DNA of 64,000 nt from Mytilus edulis. Its lineage: Eukaryota. Made by a program: the position numbers and the translations under genes. How positions within the stretch are numbered: the first letter of the stretch is position 1; each line of letters starts with the position of its first letter. The stretch spans positions 2,046,001-2,110,000 of the forward strand of contig NC_092349.1 of the NCBI RefSeq assembly GCF_963676685.1, in the 5' to 3' direction. Under the pieces are notes generated by a model, which did no database searches, was not told where the DNA came from, and saw nothing but the letters and a program-made list of their open reading frames with translations. Positions 26,524 through 36,472 of this stretch are shown here, one piece after another.

Positions 26524-26745
26524 ACTTACATTTTACTCATTTGGTTTATTTACAATGAATTAATGTTACATAAATTACACATGCAGAATCGAAAGTAGAA
26601 TTATGTAGAATTATATTCCTGTAGAGTGTATGACGTATGTACATACGAATAATCACCAAACCATATCATAGATTTTGTGACAGATTGTGTCTATAAGTAC
26701 ATTTACTTCAGTGATTAAAATTTGTTGCAGAAATACATTCTACCA
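26524..26745 (-). promoter_or_regulatory. TRIM upstream module copy 4 (first exon may add MSKI in frame)
   Basis: Donor GTAAGT at 26529 preceded by ATGAGTAAAAT; GAATCGAAAGT 26586-26596; TGACGTA 26631-26637; ttacttcagtgatt 26703-26716. Confidence 0.6.
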
Positions 26746-26910
26746 ACACGAGTCATGCATATGTTATACGTGGATGCTTTTTTACTGGTTTTACAAAATG
26801 AATGTATAACAACGGATTAAAAAGAGGGTGGGGGGGGGATTTTTTCAATTATTTTTTTTTCATCTTAATTCACTTGCTATACTTAACTTTTGTTTGGCAA
26901 TATGACTTTT

Positions 26911-27107
26911 CAATTTGCTCTTTCGAAGTAAATAGACGCAGATATATTAAAGATATGAGACGACTGGATGCAAAGCAATACTAAATAAATGCTCAGTAGG
27001 AATTAAAACGAATTAAAATAAAACATTTAATTTTGGCAAATTATTACAATTTCATATGAAAAAACAATAATAGACGTTAAAGTTAATCCAATCAATGTTC
27101 AGCACCA
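26911..27107 (-). repeat. Split direct repeat B2 (197 bp)
   Basis: No differences seen against 27594-27790. Confidence 0.95.
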
Positions 27108-27376
27108 CCATTCATCAACAACACTTTGACCACACGTCTGTATTCAGCAGGCAACGATAAATCGGACATCTACACCATTGTGAATTAATCCGTATCCAAA
27201 TTATCGGTTATAAACTCTATTGCTCCTTTATTGTCCTTTAATCAGTCGATTATATTGTAAATTCGTATATCCACAGTAACACCGTCAAGGAACATACACT
27301 GAAAAATAAAACTTCCACAGAAAATGAGACTGAAACTACTGATTATAAATATTGGGTGGGATAAATAATGGGAGGG

Positions 27377-27790
27377 TTAGTTTTCGGCTATTGACGGCAG
27401 AATGAAAAACTTAAAATTCTTTAAATCACAAGTATATAAAGGAACCAATCAGAATGCATTGTTATGTTATAAAATTCATAACAAGTTGTATCATTAGCTG
27501 TATGTAAAGAACCGAAATAATTCGAACAGTATAAAGTCTATTTCTTTTATCTCTAGTCGCCAATTATATATTTTTAATTAATTAAAAATAGCACAATTTG
27601 CTCTTTCGAAGTAAATAGACGCAGATATATTAAAGATATGAGACGACTGGATGCAAAGCAATACTAAATAAATGCTCAGTAGGAATTAAAACGAATTAAA
27701 ATAAAACATTTAATTTTGGCAAATTATTACAATTTCATATGAAAAAACAATAATAGACGTTAAAGTTAATCCAATCAATGTTCAGCACCA
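27377..27790 (-). repeat. Internal B1-A2 repeat junction
   Basis: 27377-27595 matches 33174-33392; 27594-27790 matches 26911-27107; the two overlap by CA. Confidence 0.95.
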
Positions 27791-27884
27791 AAACCCCAAC
27801 GGCCAAACAGTAACTACAGCACATTGATTGATATTAAACAAAATTTAAAAGCTATTTAAGTTACAAGCAAAAATAATGAAAATA

Positions 27885-28068
27885 CTGACATGAGTGGTCA
27901 GAAATCACAAAATATCACTGACATGAATGGTCAGAAATCAAAAAATATCACTGACATGATTGGTCAGATATTTCTAACAAATACATATAATAATACCGAC
28001 ATGAATGGTCAGATATCAAACAATACCACTGACATGAATGGTCAGATCTTTCTGACAAGATTGGCCAG
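27885..28068. repeat. Array of six 17-bp palindromic units CTGAC-N7-GTCAG in the element's 3' UTR
   Basis: Units start at 27885, 27918, 27951, 27996, 28029, 28052. Confidence 0.9.
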
Positions 28069-28197
28069 AAAACAAAATGTTCCCTTAAGGATATATACAA
28101 TCACCCACTACTGTAAGCACAATTAGACAAAAAAGGCACAGAATAAGATTGCTCCTTCTGTTTAACAGTAACAAGATGAGACTTAACATCCTCTTGT

Positions 28198-28722
28198 TTA
28201 ACAATGAGACAATACTTGAACAAAAAAATTTGTCAATTTCAAATTACCAAAATAATTCAAATGTAACTTACAGATGGGTGAATAAAGTTCACAAACTGGC
28301 ATCCCAAACTTTAAAAAAGGTTTATAAGTAGCTACAAACTGAACACCACGTTTAAAGCATAAACTTCTTAATCTAGAATTAATAGTAGTGACAAAATAAC
28401 TTGTATTCTGAAAATCAAGTAAGCGTGGAATAATTGCTGACATAACTATGACAGTATGTGGCTTAACTAATTTCTCAATTGTAGAGATAAGCACATTATA
28501 GCCTATATCAAAATCAGCAATCTCATAGGTACCAACATTGTTGGTTCCTACATGCATCAGAATTATATCATAATTTACCTGAATTGTTCCACAATTAAGC
28601 AAATTGATCATATCCCAAATATTTGCTCCAGGAAAGGCTTGCAAGTGACACCTTCTAATTGTTTTAACATGCTTGGCTATGGAATCGCACACCAGAGTAG
28701 ACCTAAAATCTATAAAGAGCAA
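28198..28722 (-). CDS. SGNH/GDSL hydrolase-like ORF of the Ngaro element
   Basis: Block I CDS(I), block II PGA, block III HVGTNN, block V CKLHLN; true start unresolved. Confidence 0.8.
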   Translation of the reverse strand: MLFIDFRSTLVCDSIAKHVKTIRRCHLQAFPGANIWDMINLLNCGTIQVNYDIILMHVGTNNVGTYEIADFDIGYNVLISTIEKLVKPHTVIVMSAIIPRLLDFQNTSYFVTTINSRLRSLCFKRGVQFVATYKPFLKFGMPVCELYSPICKLHLNYFGNLKLTNFFVQVLSHC

Positions 28723-28725
28723 AAT

Positions 28726-29718
28726 TTATTTTAAAACAAAGTCTTTAATTTGTTCCGCTACATTGATTTTATCAGACAAAGAACTGACAATATATTTAGT
28801 ATAGCAATTGCTTTTCCAATCACCCATCAATTGAATAGAACTAGGAGAAACCCCTGCTTTCGATGCCAACGTTGCTCCACCTCTTCGGAAACTATGGGAA
28901 GAAAATAAATTTGGATTTAATCCAATTTTACAAAGTAATTCTCTCAGTTTATTCTGAAACTGGTTATAAGTAATTGGTATGCATTTCCCCTTTTTTTTAT
29001 AAGAAAAAGCGGCATCATCTGACGTGCAAGGATTTAAAGAACACATCCTTTTATATGCATTTACTGGGCAAAATTTAGATAGAGGATATGCAAGCAAAGG
29101 TATCCTTAAAATACGATTACCCAACTGAATTGTTTTTGTCCATTTGAATGCAACTATTATAAGAGACGGAAAGACTGTAACATCACCTCTGCACAGCTGT
29201 TTATTTTTGTCAAATTTCTTGGTTGATACTGGAACTAAATTAGACTTCCTGCTTAAAAGTAATAAAGCAAAAAGAAATAAACACCAATATGTCGCATCTA
29301 GCGGCGTATTCAAATTCAAATGTTCACGAATTTTTCCTAAAATTTCTAAAGTAATAGGAAATGCCTGTTTAGGTAAATGTTTTAATTTCCTATCTAACCC
29401 TTTCATAGTCAACTTCAATTCGTAAGACGAAAAAACATCCACATGTAATCCTAACAACAGGAAAAGAACTTTAACTCCGTTTAAATAATTGCGAATAGAT
29501 TGAGCTGATCTGAAACTTCTACTGAGAAACTCGGAATAAGTGCATAATAATTCAGAATCAATATCAAACGGTTCTAAATAAAAGTAATTACAAAACAATA
29601 AATAAGCTCTCCACTGCGTTTTAAAATTAACCAAAGTACCTTTCGCGAAAGCCGAAATCCTAGTCACAAACATATCTCGTCTTAGCACTTGCAAATCTAC
29701 AAAAACACGAATAAACAA
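28726..29718 (-). CDS. Tyrosine recombinase (YR)
   Basis: LSRKSNL (R), KWTKT (K), HSFRRGGAT (HxxR), GDW..YTKYI (W, Y); first ATG at codon 16. Confidence 0.95.
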   Translation of the reverse strand: MFIRVFVDLQVLRRDMFVTRISAFAKGTLVNFKTQWRAYLLFCNYFYLEPFDIDSELLCTYSEFLSRSFRSAQSIRNYLNGVKVLFLLLGLHVDVFSSYELKLTMKGLDRKLKHLPKQAFPITLEILGKIREHLNLNTPLDATYWCLFLFALLLLSRKSNLVPVSTKKFDKNKQLCRGDVTVFPSLIIVAFKWTKTIQLGNRILRIPLLAYPLSKFCPVNAYKRMCSLNPCTSDDAAFSYKKKGKCIPITYNQFQNKLRELLCKIGLNPNLFSSHSFRRGGATLASKAGVSPSSIQLMGDWKSNCYTKYIVSSLSDKINVAEQIKDFVLK

Positions 29719-31491
29719 TTACCAAATATGTTCAAACTGAAACAATTCTTTAGAAATCAAATCTCTAAATAGGGACATGCCTTTTGTCCTCTCGTAAAAG
29801 TCTAACTGAAATTTATAATCTAAATTCCATCTAGACAAAAGATCTGGTAAACGGTTATCGCAACCTGAAATATGTTTAGCTTTTAACTCAAAATTATTTA
29901 CAGCTGCAATCCAACAAACTTCCCTCAAACACGACTGCAGGAACTCATTTCTGGTGGCGCCTGTATTCAAAACACGTACTGATACCATATTATCGCAATA
30001 AATAATCACCTTTAAATTTGTGAAATGTTTTCCCCATAATTTCAAGGCTACTACAATCGTCAACATCTCTAATAAATTTATATGCAAGTTTTGATCTAAA
30101 ATAAACTCTGGAAATGAACAGTGAAAGTATCTTCCGTCCATCCATCCGCCACATCCTGTCAAACATGCATCAACAGAAAACAATTGATCAGGGTTTGAGA
30201 ATTCATCAGATAAAATCATAGAAATCCCATTATAACTAGGCAAAAATTCCTGCCACCAGAATAAATCACGTTTAAAATCAGTTGGAATTACTATTTTCAC
30301 ATTATCAGGAAAATCTCTTAACCAATTTAACAGCCTTGACACAAAAATTCGGCCAGAGCGCACACATTGAGATACAAAATTTAATTTTCCCAGCAATGAT
30401 TGTAATTCTCTCTTTGTACAATTTGTGCTACAGAGCCAATTAGAAACTAACTGCAGAATCTCTGACAATCTTTGAGTGTCAATAGAAATTGTCATGTTCT
30501 CAGAATCAAATAAAATGCCAATAAACATCATTTTAGTAGTAGGCGGACAAGCCTTCTCAATTGATTCTTCAATGCCACAATTCTGTAAAATAAGACCCAA
30601 TTTAGCATAAGCATCATCACTGCTGGAAGGAATATCACATCCAGCCAAATCATCTAAATAGTTCAAAATATCTATACCCATGTTTTGACATATAAATGCA
30701 ATAGCATTTGTTGTTCGCATACATATATATGCAGCAGATCTCAACCCCATTGTTAATACACGATCGTAATACAAGTGTCCTCTCCATTTGTAACCTAAGA
30801 GATGGATGTCACCGGGGTCAACGACTAATTGTCTATAAGCCCGTTTCAGGTCCCTCTTAAACATTCTGCAACCTTGACCTTTACTCTTAATTAACATAAT
30901 AAAATTATCAACCGTGGGATACGAAACTGAAATTTCATCGCCTAAATAACGATCTTTGAAAATACCAGAATTAACCGCCTCGCCCTCTGGAAAGCTCAAA
31001 TCAACAATAACTCTGCGTTCTGTTGAATCCTTTTTAGGAACGGAATTTAAAGGAGATAAAGCTGAAGGACAGCTGAACGGATTTGCCTTAAATGGTCCAA
31101 CAATTGCTTTATAAGAACTTTCTTTTTTCAAATATTTGGCAATATCATCTGGAAAATCAGTAGCCCCCGAATGATTACGGGAAAAAGATGACCTGAACGG
31201 GCTCCCATCGTGACCCACCGGCCATCCATACTCTAAGAAGTCACAAACCTGAGCGTCACTGTAATTCTGTAACAAACTTCTTAAAAAAAAAATATTGATT
31301 TTAGAGTAAATTGGAATTTTACAACCCTGAAAATTGTACAATCCAGATTTTTTAACAATGTTATGAATAGATACAAAATTTTGCATATCATCTAAACCCA
31401 AATAACTGTTACAACAAAGACTGCATTTAAGTGAATGTCTAGAACCCCATAATGTCTTTTGAAAATCAAGTAACTGAACATGTTGATTTAG
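29719..31491 (-). CDS. Reverse transcriptase-RNase H (DIRS/Ngaro type)
   Basis: RVIVDLS, DLKRAYRQ, MGLRSA, YLDD; RNase H VDAC..HINLLEM..YCDN..DLLSR. Frame is open from 31491, directly after the gag stop; first ATG at 31386. Confidence 0.95.
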   Translation of the reverse strand, partial: LNQHVQLLDFQKTLWGSRHSLKCSLCCNSYLGLDDMQNFVSIHNIVKKSGLYNFQGCKIPIYSKINIFFLRSLLQNYSDAQVCDFLEYGWPVGHDGSPFRSSFSRNHSGATDFPDDIAKYLKKESSYKAIVGPFKANPFSCPSALSPLNSVPKKDSTERRVIVDLSFPEGEAVNSGIFKDRYLGDEISVSYPTVDNFIMLIKSKGQGCRMFKRDLKRAYRQLVVDPGDIHLLGYKWRGHLYYDRVLTMGLRSAAYICMRTTNAIAFICQNMGIDILNYLDDLAGCDIPSSSDDAYAKLGLILQNCGIEESIEKACPPTTKMMFIGILFDSENMTISIDTQRLSEILQLVSNWLCSTNCTKRELQSLLGKLNFVSQCVRSGRIFVSRLLNWLRDFPDNVKIVIPTDFKRDLFWWQEFLPSYNGISMILSDEFSNPDQLFSVDACLTGCGGWMDGRYFHCSFPEFILDQNLHINLLEMLTIVVALKLWGKHFTNLKVIIYCDNMVSVRVLNTGATRNEFLQSCLREVCWIAAVNNFELKAKHISGCDNRLPDLLSRWNLDYKFQLDFYERTKGMSLFRDLISKELFQFEHIW

Positions 31492-32958
31492 TCATTCATT
31501 ATGATGAGGACATGCAGACGAACATTCAGGATGATGACTTTTAAGTTTGTCTAATCTATAACAAGTGGCACAAAAATGATTAACCTCACGTTCAACACCT
31601 CTAATCAGAATTTTATGCGGTGATGTTTTTGAACATTTATTTTTCTGAAATAACGAACAATACCATAAAGTATGTGTCTTGGTCTCTTTTTTAGCCCCAA
31701 AAGAATGCTTCTTATCGAACTCTTGTTTGACATATTTAGACAAAAGAGGAACTTCCAAATTATCAGGAGTATCTTTCCAGGTTTTAGCACCCGTTTCAAT
31801 TTGTCTCAAAAAGGCAGCATAGAAGTCAAGTAAAGATTTCCACTGATAAATGGAACTGTAATATACAATTTTCTTCAAAAGGGACAATCGAGTATTTCTC
31901 TCGATAGCTTTAATTTTACTTGATCCAATTATTTCTAATTCCCCTGCAACAAACAGCTTTAAATCTAAATCTTGAAATGAAACAGATTTATTTATATATT
32001 CGTACTGAAGTGTAGTATGGGGCCAAGTTTGTGGATTCTGCACGTCATCGCTTGCTTTAGCAACCATACCCGATTTAACCTTTCGCTTTTTAAGTGATTT
32101 CTTTTTACAGGACGAATCTGTACCTGATGTACTTGAAGTATCATCATCAGTACTAGACTCGAATGAATCATAGTCAGAACTATCAGATGACTCTGATATT
32201 ACTCTTGACTTGTGTTTTGTCACCCTGGAGCTACCCGACTTTTTAAACTTTTTGGCCTTAGCCGATTTAACCTTCGGGACATGAATACTGTCGTCCGAAT
32301 CGGAATCAGAATATTGTAAAGGAACTTTTGAACTCTTCTTTTTCAAAGATTTGTTTTTACGTTTGCGTAAATGCGAAGAAAAATCATGCTCACTAGTAGA
32401 ACTACCATGAGGACTTTCACTAGAATCAACTAAATCTATTAAATTATTCTTTTTTAAAATATCTGATAATTGTTTCTCTACTAATTTAGTCAACACTTTC
32501 TTTTTTCTTAATTTGTCTAAATTGATCTCACCCTTCCTTTTAACACTTTTGGAGTCGCTGGTGTCTTTTCTTTTCGCTGATTTGGTCTTTTTACCGGCTA
32601 TTTCAGTTGATTTCACTTTAGGAGCACTCGACTGTGGCTTGTGCGGATTGTTCGACTTCTCAACTACACCTTTCTCCTTGACCGGATCAATAAGTTTACT
32701 CGACTCCCCATTTTTCAAACGAGTTTTTGGGATAGCCCCCTGTTTTTCAAAATCGGATTTTTCAAGTTTCCTTTCTTTTTCGGAAATGCTTAACTCTAAA
32801 TTGTGGATCCTATGTTCCAACCTATCCACTTCATCAGGTGAAGTCTCATGATCAAAAATGTCAGAAGTAGGGTCCGAAACATCGAGAACGTCCTGATCAA
32901 AACCAAATTCACTTAATAGTTTATAATTTTTTCTAGCTTTATTTCGGGTTACAGGCAT
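31492..32958 (-). CDS. Gag-like ORF1, 488 aa
   Basis: ACCATG at 32958; coiled coil, Lys/Ser-rich region, C-terminal Cys/His cluster (C..C..H..HFCATC..H..C). Confidence 0.85.
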   Translation of the reverse strand: MPVTRNKARKNYKLLSEFGFDQDVLDVSDPTSDIFDHETSPDEVDRLEHRIHNLELSISEKERKLEKSDFEKQGAIPKTRLKNGESSKLIDPVKEKGVVEKSNNPHKPQSSAPKVKSTEIAGKKTKSAKRKDTSDSKSVKRKGEINLDKLRKKKVLTKLVEKQLSDILKKNNLIDLVDSSESPHGSSTSEHDFSSHLRKRKNKSLKKKSSKVPLQYSDSDSDDSIHVPKVKSAKAKKFKKSGSSRVTKHKSRVISESSDSSDYDSFESSTDDDTSSTSGTDSSCKKKSLKKRKVKSGMVAKASDDVQNPQTWPHTTLQYEYINKSVSFQDLDLKLFVAGELEIIGSSKIKAIERNTRLSLLKKIVYYSSIYQWKSLLDFYAAFLRQIETGAKTWKDTPDNLEVPLLSKYVKQEFDKKHSFGAKKETKTHTLWYCSLFQKNKCSKTSPHKILIRGVEREVNHFCATCYRLDKLKSHHPECSSACPHHNE

Positions 32959-33173
32959 GGTAAGCCTCCTGTGTAAGACAGGGCAACTTGAAAAAGTAAT
33001 TATTTTTTTTGCAACAAATGACTTGATAAAAAATTTAAAAGACAAAAAGAAAAAGAAAATTAAACACCAAAAAAGTACTTACGAAAAATAAAGATACAAA
33101 AGTTTCACAGCTCAAATAAATCAAAAGTAGTTGCCATGCCTCACAGGATGAACTTTCAACGGAAAACACAACA

Positions 33174-33392
33174 TTAGTTTTCGGCTATCGACGGCAGAAT
33201 GAAAAACTTAAAATTCTTTAAATCACAAGTATATAAAGGAACCAATCAGAATGCATTGTTATGTTATAAAATTCATAACAAGTTGTATCATTAGCTGTAT
33301 GTAAAGAACCGAAATAATTCGAACAGTATAAAGTCTATTTCTTTTATCTCTAGTCGCCAATTATATATTTTTAATTAATTAAAAATAGCACA
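33174..33392 (-). repeat. Split direct repeat A1 (219 bp)
   Basis: One mismatch seen against 27377-27595 (ctatcg vs ctattg). Confidence 0.95.
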
Positions 33393-35472
33393 CTTAAAAT
33401 AATGGATCGAATAGTTGATTTATCTTACATTTTTATTTGTGTTACTTTTCACAAAAAAAAAAATGGATCAAATAGTTGATTTATTAGATACATTTTTAAT
33501 TTGTTTTGTGATTTCGTAAACTTCAATGTGTTTGTGTATTCCAAACTGCTACAGTCATGTTGTCTACACTGTTCTTAAATTTTGAGTGAAGGGGTCAAAA
33601 CACAAAATCAAATTTTTAACCACTTATTGCACATGGTCTAATTAAATAAAATGCACACACATTGCATCTATAAAGACAACGTTGATTGTATATGAACAGA
33701 AACTAACAATTTTCTCTCAACATTTCATGGAACATATCGAAGAGCAGCCCGCCCCCTCTCTTTTGTAAAATTAATATAGTTCCTCTTTTGGTATCGTGTA
33801 GTTTGCAATCAGCGAGAATTACTTCAGGAAAAAAGTTACTGTGATGCTTATTAATCGTCCATAGTGGTTAAACTGACAAATTCAACACTAGTCTAGGATA
33901 AATATATAATCACTTGAATATTTAAATGCAGATATAATTTTTGATGTTTTAATTTTTTCGGGATATTGAATTTCACACTTTTTTCGTTCACTAAAAGAAT
34001 AATATGATTTGTTTAATTTGGTATTTGATATAGGAACAATAAATTACCACGAATATCCGGATTATAAATGTCTCCTGAAATAAATTTTGTACATTTTGTT
34101 TTGCTTTGAAATACAGAAAAAACACATTTATTGTATCCCCCCCGCTCTAAATTCCTATGAGGCCTCCGTAGTAATATTAAAAAAACGACAACCAGCTGAT
34201 GATCTGGTGATCTGTACGCCGAAAAAATCCGAAAAAAAACTTGCATTGTCAACACTAATACAAAGTTAATAATTATTTGTTACATGTATAACATAACAAC
34301 TAATTTTAGCAGTAAAAAGAAATAACAAAACAATGCCCGATATAATATACAATAGTGTTTGTTTGAATTTTTAGTCCTCAATGCTCTTCAACTTAGTGGC
34401 TTTATAACTATTTTGATCTGAGTGTCACTGATGAGTCTTATGACGTTACGTTACGTACGGCAATGCGTTCGAATTAAAATACATTATATTATTGCATAGC
34501 AATATAATATCTCCCATAGAAAGTAACCAAAAGTTAGCGTGCGATAAATTATTATTTTAGAACCAGCAACTATTCGCCTATGCAAAATAAATACACCAAC
34601 ATGCATATCTTTTTTTACATAAATAAGGCCGTTAATTTTCTCGTTTAAATGTTTTACGTTGTCTTATCGGGGCCTTTTATAGCTGACTATGCGGTATAGG
34701 CTTTGCTCATTGTTGAAGGCCGTACGGTGACCTATAGTTGTTTTAATGTCTGTGTCATTTTGGTCTTTTGTTGCTAGTTGTCTCATTGGCAATAATGCCA
34801 CATCTTCTTTTTTATATATATCTACAGAAAGGCCTTGACAGGTTTTTCTTATTTTAAATAGCCGTTTTTTTGGCGTTGGGTGAAATTTGAAGGAAGTCCT
34901 CAACGAAGTATTCAGCAGAGGAACCGGTCTTTATGCGCTATAAAGAAACTTAATCAAATTTCGAAATGTATTATAATCACTAACTTATATATAATCCAAT
35001 CATATTAAACTATACTCAATAGAAAGTTCTGAAAACGATAACCAATTTCAAAGTTTAAATGTAAATAAAAACTTTTACGTAGAAATGGAAAATTGTTTTG
35101 AACTGTTATGAGGTTACATGGAATGAGTTTCGTGATACATGTAGTCTCTACAGATCCATGCGCCTATATTATTCTATAATCAGCTGACGAAAGTTTCTTT
35201 TTATGTAAAAGTATTAACTCTGAAATATTTGTCACATAGGCTGTTTCTGCATGTCAGTGATTTGTAAACTCAGACTCATCATTCTGAGTTAGGTTTATTA
35301 TAAATGTTATAGACAACCTCAAATGCATACCCTGCAACATTTAAAAATACAATAAGATACTATACACACGTACGAACAACGATAACGCTAATTATATATA
35401 TTTCTACTATCAACGCATCCATGCCAAGAAATTGCCTCCGTTGAAATCTTGCAAACATCCCATAGAGCAAAT

Positions 35473-35643
35473 CAGGGGCGGATCCAGCCATTTTAAAAGG
35501 GGGGGGGGGGGTTCCTAACCCAGGACAAAGGGGGGGGGGGGGGGTTCCAATTACATGTCCCCATTCAAATGCATTGATCGTCCAAAAAAAAGTGGGGGGG
35601 GGGGGGTTCCAACCCCCGGAACCCCCCTCTGGATCCGCGCCTG
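35473..35643. mobile_element. MITE, 171 bp, with 5-bp TSD
   Basis: TIR caggggcggatccag / ctggatccgcgcctg; CAAAT at 35468-35472 and 35644-35648; empty site visible at ~38241. Confidence 0.9.
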
Positions 35644-36067
35644 CAAATTACATGGATGATTAATGTTGACCATTTGGTATATGGTCGTGTTCTAAGCGAC
35701 ACGTACATGCAGGTCATGCATGTACATTAATTTGTTGAATGAAATCGAATCTTTAACTACTAATACTACTAGTAATAGGTGCCGTAGGAAGTCAACAGGA
35801 ATTTTTAGCGAGAATTTCTTGGCATGTAACAGATTGAAAACTCAGGGTCAGATTATAAAACAGACAGGGGGCAGTGGCAAATATTTCATGTATATTATAA
35901 ACACAGAAAAGGTTACCCCGTCACCCTTTGCCAAAAAGAAAACCCTCCTTCTTTTTTTTCCATGTGACTTCGGACTTTATGTTTTGAATTGTAGTTTCAC
36001 TTTCCATATTCGGTATTCATTCTAATGTAAGCTCCATGTGGTGCACGAATATTGTATCTTTGAGTTA

Positions 36068-36472
36068 ATATAAAAAAGAAGATGTGGTATGATTGCCAAT
36101 GAGACAACTATCCACAAAAGACCAAAATGACACAGACATTTTCAAATACAGGTCACCGTACGGCCTTCAACAATGAGCAAAGCCCATACCGCATAGTCAG
36201 CTATAAAAGTCCCCGATAAGACAATGTAAAACAATTCAAACGAGAAAACTAACGGCCTTATTTATGTAAAAAAAAAAACGAAAAACAAATATGTAACACA
36301 TAAACAAACGACAACCACTGAATTACAGGCTCCTGACTTGGGACAGGCACATATATAATAAAAAACCCTCCCCCAAACCTGGCACAGTGGTATAACAGTA
36401 CAATATAAGAACGAACTATAAAATTCAATTGAAAAAGGCTTAACTCATCAGATGGATATAATACAGGTGGAC
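36068..36472 (-). mobile_element. 5'-truncated non-LTR/SINE-like insertion
   Basis: Absent from the duplicate unit (ggagtta|ggctat at ~38660); flanked by GTTA; same family as 9262 and 34611. Confidence 0.85.

Larger units (their letters stand above)
26911..33392 (-). mobile_element. Full-length Ngaro-type (DIRS order) tyrosine-recombinase retrotransposon, 6482 bp
   Basis: Split direct repeats in element orientation A1(33392-33174), ORFs, B1(27790-27594), A2(27595-27377), spacer, B2(27107-26911); gag, RT/RH, YR, SGNH hydrolase; no methyltransferase; no extended TSD. Confidence 0.93.

Noticed and set aside
27885-28126. CRISPR-like array or the 78-aa repeat ORF
   Set aside because: Spacers are short and resemble each other, there are no cas genes, the context is a eukaryotic retrotransposon, and the ORF is just the translated repeat
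29697-29722. 26-nt GT-AG mini-intron fusing RT to YR
   Set aside because: Too short, and splicing would create TG|A, a stop codon
28726-31491. Prokaryotic retron, DGR or integron reading of RT plus integrase
   Set aside because: RT-RNaseH, gag, split direct repeats and spliceosomal neighbouring genes identify a DIRS-order element
29144-32851. Plus-strand ORFs inside the Ngaro element (29144-29425, 32513-32851)
   Set aside because: Antisense shadows of YR and gag with no recognisable domain
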